Shown here one piece after another: positions 52,608 to 64,000 of a stretch of DNA of 64,000 nt (the stretch's first letter is position 1; every line of letters starts with the position of its first letter). The notes under the pieces were generated by a model that worked only from the letters and a program-made list of their open reading frames with translations, searched no databases and was not told where the DNA came from. Source of the DNA: Octopus sinensis (lineage: Eukaryota); contig NC_042999.1 of the NCBI RefSeq assembly GCF_006345805.1, positions 93,310,001-93,374,000 on the forward strand. Reading direction: 5' to 3'. The position numbers were made by a program, and so were the translations under genes.

Positions 52608-53385
52608 GGTTGTGTGTTTATGTTATTATATGTTCGCGTGTTCATCTCAGAACTGAGATAATGATTGATTCAAGCTCTCATTTTTAGAAGAAAATTATAC
52701 ATCGTATTGAAAACACCTGCCTTTTATATAGCCAGTGATATTCCAAAGAAATGTTAACACAGCTAATGTGACATCTTTGCATTTGTAACTACGGTAAAAA
52801 AAAGAAAAATGTCATCTGTGAAATCCTGATAAACTATCGACCTGACCTTCCTTATGAAATACGCTATTGTGCTAAACTATCGGAATGAGTTCGTCATAGA
52901 CTATGTTACACAATAGACACTCATTATTTGCCATATTGACTTTTTATCGATTTCACACAAACACACATGTTTATGTACTTATATGTATATATGCATGTGC
53001 TTTCACGTATGTGTGCGTGCGACTACGTATAAACACATAAACACACACACACTCTCTCACACACATAAATATATATATGTGTATATATATATGTTATGTA
53101 TGACAGAAAACAAATGGAAACAGTGATGTTGTTCAATCTTTGTGAATCAGATGCTTGGTGGTTTTCTAAACATATATTTTATATCTTTATTAGCAGTGAA
53201 ACAGAGACGTGTTAACAGAAGGCAAAGTGGTGATGTTAAATGAAAGAGAGAAAGAGAAAGAGAGAGAGAGGGGGGAGAGAGAAACAGGGAGAGTGGGAAA
53301 AGCAGTGACAGGAAATAGTTACGGATAACAATACTAATAAAAAACAAAAGGAGCAAGTTTAAGGAGGAGGTAACAAAATATAAAT

Positions 53386-53600
53386 ATTCTTTTCTACTCT
53401 AGGTACAAGGCGAGAAATTTTTGGAGAGGGGGGCCAGTCGATTAGATCGACTTCAGTACATCACTGGCATTTAATTTATCAACCCGAAAGGATAGCAGGA
53501 AAAATTCGATCTGAGCGGAATTTGAACTCAGAAGGTAAAGACAAACGAAATATCGCTATGAATTCCGCCCATCGAGCTAACGTTTCTGTCATCTCTCGGC
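53386..53600 (-). mobile_element. SINE family A
   Basis: ATTCTTTTCTACTCTAGG..CAGTCGATTAGATCGAC..GCGGAATTTGAACTCAGAA. Confidence 0.85.
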
Positions 53601-53960
53601 CTTAGATAAAAATGAAAATATTATCTAAATAATTGAACGCTGAGAAACTTACATCACTATAGGCATAGGTATATATGCCTGTTGTCGTATATATATAATA
53701 TATATATATATATGATATCTTTCCTATTATGTTAAATTGTCTTACGTACAAATTTGGTCAAAACGATGTTTTCAGTATTTATTTTTGCTTTAATAGCCGG
53801 TTCTTTTGGTCACACTATTCTATCTCCAGGTGCTTCAGATGCTAAGATATGAAAAATTATTAATGTGTCATACAACGGTTTTGATATTAAGTGGTGAAAC
53901 TACAATTCCTTTCCTGAGAAAGCAACTTTTTGGACGTACGATACTTTTTCATTATAGCAA

Positions 53961-54019
<59 letters not shown>

Positions 54020-54176
54020 GATATATGTATGTAGAATATTAGAGGTTTATTTCACTGGGGATTAAACGAATAGGTATGCTGAGTAAATGGTATAATTGCT
54101 TATCCATTAGTTTCATGTTCACAGCTGAGGTTGGAGCTAGAGATCCATATTAGGTTACCGTGTTATCAGGTATGCC

Positions 54177-55612
54177 TTAGAGTAAAAGGACCAATTACCA
54201 TGGCAGGACGAGTATCTGAAGTCATCTGTAATAATTTAATTAGGATAGGATGAATTTAGTTAGTTAGTTAGTTAGTTAGTTAATTTGGCTCAAAAGCAAA
54301 TAGCAAGGCCATGTAGGGGGACATGGAGTTAAGTACAGGGTGGTGTTCATGTAAAGAGTTCAGGCCACTTGAGGTCCAGGGAGGCTTTGAACAAAGCGGT
54401 CGTCGGCATCTTTACCATCTCGTCTGGCAGCTTGTTCCACGGATCCGCAACCCGGACGGAGAAAGCTCCTCTCCTTCGATTGAGATGAAATCGTCGCAGA
54501 TAGAGCTTTTCGGAATGACCCCGCAGCCGACGCTCTGGAGCAGGAGTGAAGAACAGCTCTTTCGAGAGGTTACACTTTCCGCTTATGATGTTGTGGGCGA
54601 GAATGAGATCACTACGGCGGCGGCGTTTTTCAAGAGAATAAAGGTCGAACGTCCTCAGCCTTTCTTCGTAGGACAAATTTTTGAGACCATGAACCATGCG
54701 GGTAGCCAGCTTCTGGACTCTTTCGAGATGCTGTATGTCTTTGAGGAGATAAGGAGAAGAGGCTTGAATCCCATACTCCAATATGGGTCTCACCAGCGTG
54801 ACATAGAGTGGTAGGAATATGGCTGCTGTGAGCATTCCGAATGACCGTCGAATCAAGAACAGAATTCCGCGTGCTTTGTTTGCAGCATGGACGCACTGGG
54901 CCGAAGGCGAAAAGGAGGAATCCACCAAGATACCTAGGTCCTTTACCTGATCGGTCCTCTCCAGCAGCAGACGACCCGGCTCGAAATCAAGTTGAGTTGC
55001 AGGAGTAGAGCCGACAGGCAGATGACAGCACTTTGATACGTACAGACACAGGTCCCAATCGTTAGACCACTTCCAAATTTGAAGTTATACTGTTGTTTCT
55101 GGGATATCCCAAGTGATAGACTACCATGAGTAGGTATGAAATTTCTAGACAGGGAAATTCACAGATTATAATGTATAAAATAGAAGAATAAGGATTAAAA
55201 CTAGATAGAAGAATACAGACAGAATAAGGTTCACAGTTCAATTTTTTCCAGAAGTTATGGACGTCGTGCATACTTCCGTGAAGGTATAAGCTCTTAGGTA
55301 TAATCCCAGGTAAGTCCAGACAGTGAACATTATACAGTGAACTGTGAACTTTATTTTCATGTCTGTATTATTTTATCTACTCTTAATCTTTATTCTTTTA
55401 TTTTATTCCGTATAAATTGTGAATTTTCCTGTCTCGAACATTCATACGTACCCACTTTGTCTCTGATGATTGAATAATCAATGTACAGACATGCTAACCT
55501 TATATCCCAGAAACAGATATAAGCCTTGAAATTCACCTTAACCTAGTTAAATTATTATAAATGACTTGAGATACTCGTCCTGCCTTGGTTCTTGTCGTCC
55601 TGTTCCTCTAAT
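54177..55612. mobile_element. PLE pLTR-like inverted pair, left arm split by a CR1 insertion, degenerate hammerhead in each arm
   Basis: 54177-54257 plus 55076-55240 is the reverse complement of 55338-55612; GTCT-CTGATGA..CCCA-GAAAC-AGAT-ATA at 55459-55525. Confidence 0.75.
54258..55075 (-). mobile_element. young 5'-truncated CR1/L2-group LINE
   Basis: Open frame KWSNDWDL..KDLGILVDS..LYVTLVRPILEY..LERVQKLATRM..SYEERL..WNKLP; (AACT)n 3' tail; AATTT on both sides. Confidence 0.92.
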
Positions 55613-55620
55613 ATATACAT

Positions 55621-55926
55621 AGGTTGGTTACTTTGAGTTAACAGCAATATCCCAGTCGTTCTGTAGCAGCTAGAGCGTAGATGACATTTAAAAACTGTAT
55701 CAAGCCGTTATATTGGGATGAGATAATGCTTTTTCGTTTCTTTATATGCAAAATGTCAAATTTAGCTTATATATATATAAGGTAATTTGATATTTTGCAT
55801 ATAAAGAAAAGAAAAAATCTGTATCGCATCCCAAAATAACGGTTTGATATAGATTTTAAATGTCACCTACTCTCTAGCTGCTATAGTACGGCTGGGATAT
55901 AGCTGTTAACTCAAAGTAGCCAACCT
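55621..55926. repeat. diverged 306-bp palindrome centred on (TA)n; right arm is the 3' end of the adjacent maT-like element
   Basis: AGGTTGGTTACTTTGAGTTAACAGC / GCTGTTAACTCAAAGTAGCCAACCT; centre CTTATATATATATAAG. Confidence 0.9.
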
Positions 55927-56430
55927 CAGCTTTCACTACACTCTCAAGGTGGCTTCGGAACCTGGCGCATGCCTTCATTACTGTCTCTCTTTGAAAATTA
56001 TCGAACACCTCCTTCATCTTGCCCATCAGTTCGGCCTAGGTGTTACAGATAGAGCGGACTGTGTCTCTCTCAACCGAGTCCCATGGGATAAAAATAGATG
56101 GAAGTTAGGGTCCCTAAATTGGGGCTAGGTACGTCGTAGAAATTCTCCGCCAACCATTTCTGACTTACCTCGAAAGTACAGGAAGAAGCAGAATCTTGAG
56201 GCCACATATATGGCCCTCCAACCAGGATCAACTATAGTCTCTAACAGCTTCACATAGCTGCCTGAATTGAGCCTAAGATATGGGAATCATAACTGGTGAG
56301 CGGACATAGTCAGAATGTCTGCTGTGTCCCTTCCTGCTGGCCACGGTCGACGTGGAGATGCATACACAAAGTAGGCACAGCGAATGAGATTGAATCTCGA
56401 AGCAACTCAGAAATGTTTTTCCTGCCACCT
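55782..56430 (-). mobile_element. maT/DD37D-like deletion derivative
   Basis: LRLNSGSYVKLLET, PYMWPQDSAS..SQKWLAENFYD and VERDT..KACARFRSHLESVVKAEVGYFE. Confidence 0.8.
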
Positions 56431-59024
56431 ATCTAGGTGTAGTGAGTTTAGAATGTTGAACAGATGTCCCTGCTTCCAGGTCACCGGCACAACAGATACT
56501 GACTGAATGAAGCCATGTTGGACAGACCGATGGAAACGTAACACTCATCTTATTCCTATGCAACGTTTATATTACTTTGGCTTTTTGTGGTTGGTTTCAC
56601 AATTCTTTATACATCGTTTATTTATTAGTTCCTTAACATTCTTCTACGGCGTCGGCATATTTGAATAATGTTGGTAGTACCGGTCTTGTTTCTACCAGGG
56701 TTGGTTTTTTTTGCATTGTTGCTCAAGTGATTTTCCTTCTTCTTTTGTATCTCCTAGTAATTTTTTAAGTATATTTTCCCCTTGTATACACTATATTAAT
56801 CACTTTCTTTTAATTGTTATTATCTTCATCATTACCTTCGCCATACGGTACGGTTGAGTAATCCGGGAGTGGTAATGGCATATCATGGGTCAATTTGTTG
56901 ATTAGTCCTATTTATTTTATCATTTTACTTTTTTATTTTATGTGGTCTTTGCTGGTATTTTGTTGGCTGTTTATGTTCTGCTTTAAGAGACAGGGAATTT
57001 GTTTGATATTATTTATTCCCCATTACACGTGTTTTGTTTACTAATAAGAGGAAATTGTAAATGTAGGAGAAACAAATAAGACATCCATTAAAAACTCTTC
57101 TGACAGAGAATAAAGCAGTATTTGATTCAGAACAACAATATAACCACAAATTTTATAAATCAAAATTTCCACTTAACACCTCTCTATCACAGCCCAACCT
57201 ATAACATCATTATCATTCCACTGAACCTCACAATCCGCAGAATAATAATAACTCAGCAGCGTGTGATGATGTATGGATATCACACCTGGGCACTAACAAA
57301 AGCTCTCCAATTCTGTTGAAATGCGCTAGCAAAAGGTTGACTACGAGCATTGAAAAGGTGAAAACACATGGAGGAAATATGACGTCTATACCAAATTTCA
57401 TAGCAACTGAATTTTCATAACAAGCACTTTTCGACAACAAGGACAAAGAGAAGGAAAGGTGCAATTATATATCAGAGTTTAACCATGTTAAATATTTGTA
57501 GAGATGACTCAACTTTACGTACATCACATCTAATCAAGTAGGGAAAGCTGCCTGATATTGTGGACGATTACATTTACTGCAAGTAACTTGCTGGAAGTGT
57601 AGGAATAACAGTAATAATGACAATAACAATTGAAACAGAAACAACATTATGATTATCAATTATATTATTATTTTCATATAGACAATGTATATTATATAAT
57701 AATGATTAATATGACATGATTATAATGATAATGATGATTATTATATTTTTAAGCAGGTAATAATACCACCACCAATAATAACGATAATGGTTACTATAAT
57801 ACATAAACGTATAAGCTGTGCACGCACAAGTATATATGCACTTGGAATGCGTAAGCCTCTGTATGTGTATGCCCTTGTGTCTGCGTGTAAGTTATTATGT
57901 GATATATGGTCAGTTGGAGTGAAGAACTCAACGTTTTAGGAATGAGTATGAAAATGTGTTATCAAAATAGTGGTTCCTCGAAATTATTCTCTCTAGTATA
58001 TACGTTACACGTTTCCGCCATTTGATACGTCTAATGTACTATCTGTTCTTTATGAATATCAGACAATACCTTCCTCAATTTGAAAGAAGACGAGATACAT
58101 ATACGAGATAAAATCTGCTACCATAATCTCATGTCTAACAATATTATTAAAACTATAAGAAAATAAACAAGAACAGCACCAATAACATCAAGGAACAGAG
58201 AGAAATTTTCATACCCAATAAAAGCGAGCCTTTCTAAACAACTAAATTTTTTTTTTATATTTTAGGGTTGCATACTGTTTTAATAGTGGTGTTTCTTCCC
58301 GATTTATCGATTTTCCTGTTGAGAATTTATTGCTCTCAGGTGCATTTTAAAATTTTCATTTTTATTTTAAATCTCATAACACTTCTAGATAAGATCCCTC
58401 CCTCACTTGGGAGCCTGGATTTATTTTTGCTTCCGTGTTGTTGCTGTTGGGAGAACTTTGAACATATTTTTGATATCTGCATCCCTAAAAATAGCTTCCA
58501 AGTTATTTCGAAGTTTATGGACGTGTGTGTGGGGGATTGTATTTTTATATTTGTATACACGTGTGGAACGTGTACAGTTTTACTTCTCTTGTGATTCGTT
58601 GACACGATCATGATTTAAGACCATAAACTTGGACGGTTGTTTTAAGTGGAGAAGAGATGCACAATCGTAGTTTTAGATGCCTGGTTTCACAATAACCAGC
58701 AGCGTAACCGGAACAACAGAAACTCCAAACAACCAGTGTTCTCTAACTAAAAGAACTATTTTTAACTATGCTAAATTTGACACTTACACACAAAACCCGA
58801 CACCACTAAAACAATGAACACCGCAAATAAATATTTATCTTAGCATCAATATCACTCACAAAGCTAGAGAATTTTAGTTGATCTATCAGGGGAAGAAATA
58901 TAATATTTCAAAGTATTGGACACAAACGTTTCCTTCGTTCTAACTAAAACGCATTGCGACGAAACAAAATTAGTTGCTGAGGTGAAAGTTGAGATAAGAC
59001 ATTATTATCATTTTGTTCGTCATA

Positions 59025-59175
59025 ACATCTGAGTTCAATTTCCACCGAGGTCGTATTTGCTTTTATTTCCTCTCAGGGTCGATGAAATAGGGATCAGTTG
59101 AGTACTGTGATCGATATAATCGGTTTATCCCCCACCCTGAAAACTTTTGGCCTTTTGCCAATATTTGAAAGCATT
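59025..59175 (+). mobile_element. SINE family A fragment
   Basis: TCTGAGTTCAATTTCCACCGAGGTCG..GGGTCGATGAAATA..TTTGAAA. Confidence 0.75.
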
Positions 59176-59984
59176 ATTAATGTGGATCATGCAGGCATAA
59201 AACAATGGAGGGATTTCTGTTTATCATTATGATTCCTTTCATGTAGATACAAAAGACACACTTTCAGTAGGTGCGTCAGATAAGTGGCTTCACACAATAT
59301 AACTAATGGCATGGATATAATCGGGATCTACCCGCCTCCTTAGACCACGCCACTCTCTTTCAAGTGGGCTTAAATTAATTTTTGTTATCTAGAATCAATG
59401 TCTGTACACAAAAATGCTGAGTGACTATTAATTTTGTTTTACGATCTGGATTATTTATTCTTTAAAAACAATCCATAAAGTGTAGAATCAAGTTAGATAG
59501 CATCGGATGTCTGGACTCTTCTACGGCGCGACTGTGTTATTTGCTCCTACTTATTTGGATTGTGAGAGGGAAACTAAATAAAGATACTATAACGAATGAG
59601 AATTTTCTTCTAAAATAATTGTAATAAACATTGGTAATATTGTAAGTACATAGCTGCTTCCTTCATATGAGTGGCATGGGCTTGGTTAATAGATAGTATA
59701 ATCAAGGATCTAATTTCTTTGAAATGGTTGGAGACAGATTCACATACAAAATTTTTCATTAGTCTGAATGAAATGGTTCCTTTTGGAATGTTCAGATACG
59801 ATTAAAATGGGTAAGATCGTCGTAGGTGTTGTGGATCCTCGGTTGGGGACGTAGCGATTTCTTCTAATGCTGAATTCAATGGGGAAATGCATGCTGATGC
59901 GCATCTTTTGGGATTGAGCCGCAGAACATGTAACATTCTTTTAGTGTTGGTTAAGGTTTTGGTTGTAACAGTGATAGTAATAAT

Positions 59985-60195
59985 CCTCTCTACAATAGGC
60001 ACAACGCCTGAAATTTATGAGGAGAGGTTAAGTCAATTGCATGAACTCCAGTACTCAACTGATAGTTAATCTATCAACCCCGAAAGGATGTAAGGCAAAA
60101 TCGACCTTGGTGGAACTTGAACTCAGAAGGTAGCAACGGGAGAAATACCGCTAAGCATTTCACCCGGCGTGCTAACGATTCCGCCAGCTCGCGGC
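59985..60195 (-). mobile_element. SINE family A
   Basis: CCCCGAAAGGATGTAAGGCAAAATCGACCTTGGTGGAACTTGAACTCAGAA..GCTAACGATTCCGCCAGCTCGC. Confidence 0.85.
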
Positions 60196-61568
60196 TTTCT
60201 TCGGTGATAGTAATAATGCTAGATGATGATGATGACGGTGGTGTTGGTGCTGTTCTGTTGTTACCGGGATCGATGATGTGGTTAACGAGCAGAGACAGAG
60301 TGCAGCGTCATTTGTAGTACGAACAGTTCTAAATAGAGGTTCCTGTTTCTGCTGTTTATGTTGTGGTTCATCATTTTGCTGCCGCTACTGCTTCACTGAA
60401 GCGGAACATAATTCAAATACTTTATATTTTTAACCCTTTGTTTGTTTTTCTTTTTTCAATATGATGTGGCAAAATCTTTATTTTGTTTCCATTTGTATTG
60501 CCAGTCGATTATTAAATACAGAGGCATTTTTCTCGCAATGTCATTGAAATATGGCTCATGTGTGTCCCTAGACTGGTAGAGGTCTAACCAGGCGTTGACC
60601 AAACTATTAATTTTACTTTGTATCCTGCTATGTTTATGATAGAAATGGGAGTTGTTTTAGATGGAGTGTAACTACGTCGTAATATTCGTGAAATACACTT
60701 TTTCTATTATTTAATTCGTTATATTTATATTTATGCTTTTTTTCTTCTTATTAATCCTTTGAGCGAGATTTAGTTTCGTTTTATGACAAAAATTCACGAG
60801 TGAATTTTGCTTGTTAAGGATTGTTTTGTTCAATATTTCTTTGCGCAAGAGTAAACATGAACGCATTTTTGGGATTATACTGAAATGCGGTAGCTAGCGT
60901 TTTGCTTGCTGTCACATTAGAAATTAAAATGTTTTAGCGTCATCAAGCGATGAGTATGACAATATTAAGGTCGTAAATTGTTATCACAGTTACAATACAT
61001 TCAATGCTTCCGTTTACGCAATTTCATGTTGAATTCTTATTACCAGAAATAACTTCTCTCTAAAATAGTCTTATTGCATATCTTTTCCAATGACGTACAA
61101 GCGAATTACTGTTATTGGGTCTGTGTAACAGTAGTTTAGCTTAAGTTTTATCTCTCATCGTAACATCATATTCACAACTCACAAAATCATGTATTATATT
61201 CAGATTTAAAAGAAATATGTTCCTCTGGCCCTTAACGTGACTACCAGCTACATGTAATCCGAGCCTGGTGAAACTCTGCATTCAGGCGGGTTAGTGTTAT
61301 TAGTATTGTTACTATCATATTTCTATCTGGTCGTTCCGAATTAACTTTGAGAGAAGCATGGCCTCATATATCCAGAGTATGCTTTTCTGTTTCCTTCTAT
61401 ATAGTGAGGCGTGCGAAGTTTTGAAAATTTGCATAACAGGAAATGTGATGACATTTGTAGCTTTCAAGATATGTCATTGCAGTCATTGTAAAGCATTCAT
61501 GATTCGAAATCCGTGATTGTATAAAGTTTGTGCAACATTTATGTAATTATTACAGCGTGTTTTGGAGC

Positions 61569-61627
<59 letters not shown>
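61569..61627. repeat. (AAT)n microsatellite
   Basis: Seen directly. Confidence 0.95.
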
Positions 61628-61628
<1 letters not shown>

Positions 61629-62693
61629 TCAACGTATATCGTTATGATAATAATTATTTCGATTATTTGTCTCGTATTTCACATAGTAAACTACCCCGAG
61701 GTCAGAGCATGCATCGTACTACACTTGATGCTGTAGTGAAAGGGTGAAGTCTACTACTGATCCAGATCTCTGTTACATGTCGTGCAGATGATAAAATGAA
61801 GAACCAATAAAGTAGTGCAGTCGATGAAATCAGCAGCCACTTCCCTCAAAAGTTGCTGTCGTTGATCATTGTAACAGATTGGCGAAATTTTCAGGGGCAA
61901 TGCTGTAAACTGGCTCAGTTATACGCAAGGGAAAACAGGGCCTTATGAGTCCCAGGGTAGAAAAAAAGCAATAGAAATCATGTTATATTTTATTGTATTA
62001 TATATACATTTCCATCTGCCTTCCTCTTCTTCAAGTTTACGAAGTCCGCCGTGAACTTTGTTCTGTTTTATTTACAAAATGATATTTCCAAACCTCCAGC
62101 TTAATACGGTGATTCTTTTATCGCCCCACCGCAACAAACAAACAAGAAAAGACATGTAACCCTGCAACTGGAGACAGATAACCTACTATATTGAAAGAAC
62201 TAAAACGCATGTTATTCACTTTTACATACTGATTGCATATATGAGACCTAAATAATATTAATAGATTTGTACAATGTTTGATAAATTTGCATGTCAATGT
62301 ATCATTAAGCTGTGCTTGTTCGTCGGGCAAATAATTAGAAGACATTTGAAGTTTTTAATTCACAATTTTAGTAATGTTCAGTACTCCCCGAAAAACAGTT
62401 GGTGAACCACACGGCATGTACCATGATATATTTCAATTGAAATTTGTAAAATCAATTGGTTTGTGAAAAAAAAAATAAAGGAATACATAGAAATATAAAA
62501 ATGAAATGATAGACATTCACACATTATTTTAAACCATATCATTATAACATTGTTTTAATTGGCACTGAATGAATTATCAATGTGGATTATACATATCATT
62601 TATGCCGAATTTATCTAAGATGTTCCGTTTATGTATTTGTTTTGTAAGATTCCTGATGAGATATCTTGAGCTGAAACAGATATTGTCATAGTT

Positions 62694-62823
62694 GTGGATA
62701 GTCAAAGTTTTGGCCAATTAACCACAAGCACAAAAGGTGCTAAAATGAAAATGAAAATAAAGCTGAAATGAAAACCGAGTAGATAGTGCGTGTGGTTAAT
62801 TGGCAAAACATATGTCCATCCAC
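62694..62823. repeat. small foldback with ~38-bp imperfect arms
   Basis: GTGGATAGTCAAAGTTTTGGCCAATTAACCACAAGCAC versus GTGCGTGTGGTTAATTGGCAAAACATATGTCCATCCAC. Confidence 0.7.
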
Positions 62824-63649
62824 TAATATAACGCTAATCTAATATGGTATTTTCGTCAGTGAGACTCATCATATGCTTACTGTCAATTTTTATGAGACAA
62901 TATACTTTGTGATTATTTGTAACTCAGTCGAAAAAAACATATAATATGCTGATAATATGCCTCATTTCAATTACAGGGATTTTGCATATAATAAAACACT
63001 ACATCGATAAATCCTTTTCATGTTAATGGGTAATGCAGGCCGTAGTAATATATGCAGTTACTCGCCGAAGGAGAGTTTTCAATTATGGGCCGACAGGGAT
63101 CAAGGCAATGCTATGACAGGAATGCTCCACGAAGGCAGTATTTTGTTTGTGTCAGAGATTCTCGCTGAAGCGTGAATAGAAAAATTTAGAGTTGGTGATT
63201 ATATATAGTGCAAAAAACTCGAAGGTACGCATATGATGTCTCCTGCACGTATTCTAGGAGTTGTATATATTGACTGATAATACCAAGGCCATACGAGACA
63301 GTCAAGCATATTTTATGGTATATCGTATGTATTGCTCACACACCAGGGGAGCAAATGACATACAAATACTTTCTGGTTTTCCCTGGCATGTACCCCAAGA
63401 TACTCCAACTAATATAGCACGAAATGTGAATATGATTTAACAGTTCGCTTGGGGAGGAACCTAACTGTATTATGGAAAATCTTACAATCCAGCAATTAAC
63501 TGAAAAAGCAGCCACAACGTTGCATATGAGTATAAATTATTAGATTATTAGAAGGGGTATTTGTAAATGACTTCGAAAATACTTTAGTGACCCGTAACAA
63601 GACGGAACCAATGAGAATGGAAAATGGAAACATTGAAATGTCTTACGCT

Positions 63650-63771
63650 ATTTTCGTTATATATATACTTTATACATACATATATATATACTTTATACAT
63701 ACATATATTTTCGATATATATATACTTTATACATACATATATTTTCGATATATATATACTTTATACATACA
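63650..63771. repeat. ~34-bp AT-rich minisatellite
   Basis: ATTTTCGATATATATATACTTTATACATACATAT, about 3.5 units. Confidence 0.85.
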
Positions 63772-64000
63772 ACTGAATTCAGAAATTTGAAAAATATATA
63801 CATAACATTGAACTCAGAAAGTTATTTTTAAAAAAATCATCGTGTGAGTGAGTATACATATACATCATCGTGTGAGCGAGTATACATATACATATACATA
63901 TGTGTGTGGAGAGAAAGAAAAGAGAAAGGAAAAAAAAAATGTAAACAGGTTTGACCTTTTACTGACTATTAACGTCCTTTGTCTCCACCATCTGCCCTAT

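Noticed and set aside
54323-54814. 163-aa plus-strand ORF
   Set aside because: Antisense shadow of the CR1 reverse-transcriptase frame.
57995-58070. Minus-strand GAAACGTGTA with upstream CTGATAT as a hammerhead
   Set aside because: The core box and stems are too poor to distinguish from chance.
63650-63900. Short tandem units as a CRISPR-like array (also 30460-30530 and 15945-16005)
   Set aside because: Head-to-tail low-complexity minisatellites with no unique spacers, in eukaryotic DNA.

Overview
AT-rich, microsatellite-laden eukaryotic DNA. The SINE families and the repeat landscape look like an octopus (cephalopod) genome; this is recognition from memory, not a database result. I found no intact host gene, so the window is probably intronic or intergenic, and nearly all ORF-track entries are microsatellite or random ORFs. 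It is a transposon graveyard: two Ty3/Gypsy remnants (one with a mariner nested in its protease), a near-complete IR/DR Tc1 (DD34E), mariner, maT-like, pogo/Tigger, probable Chapaev3 and hAT remnants, two non-autonomous Helitrons, CR1 and RTE LINE ends, Penelope-like (PLE) fragments, SINEs and a 5S rRNA pseudogene. The most notable unannotated signal is a set of about 8-10 type I hammerhead-ribozyme motifs (CTGANGA...GAAAC-NNNN-GTA). Three have intact catalytic cores (4672-4750, 17882-17959, 50869-50921). They sit in short non-coding elements next to (TA)n tracts, and many of these elements are foldbacks. There is also a high density of inverted duplications, old and near-perfect, often centred on or bounded by (TA)n.
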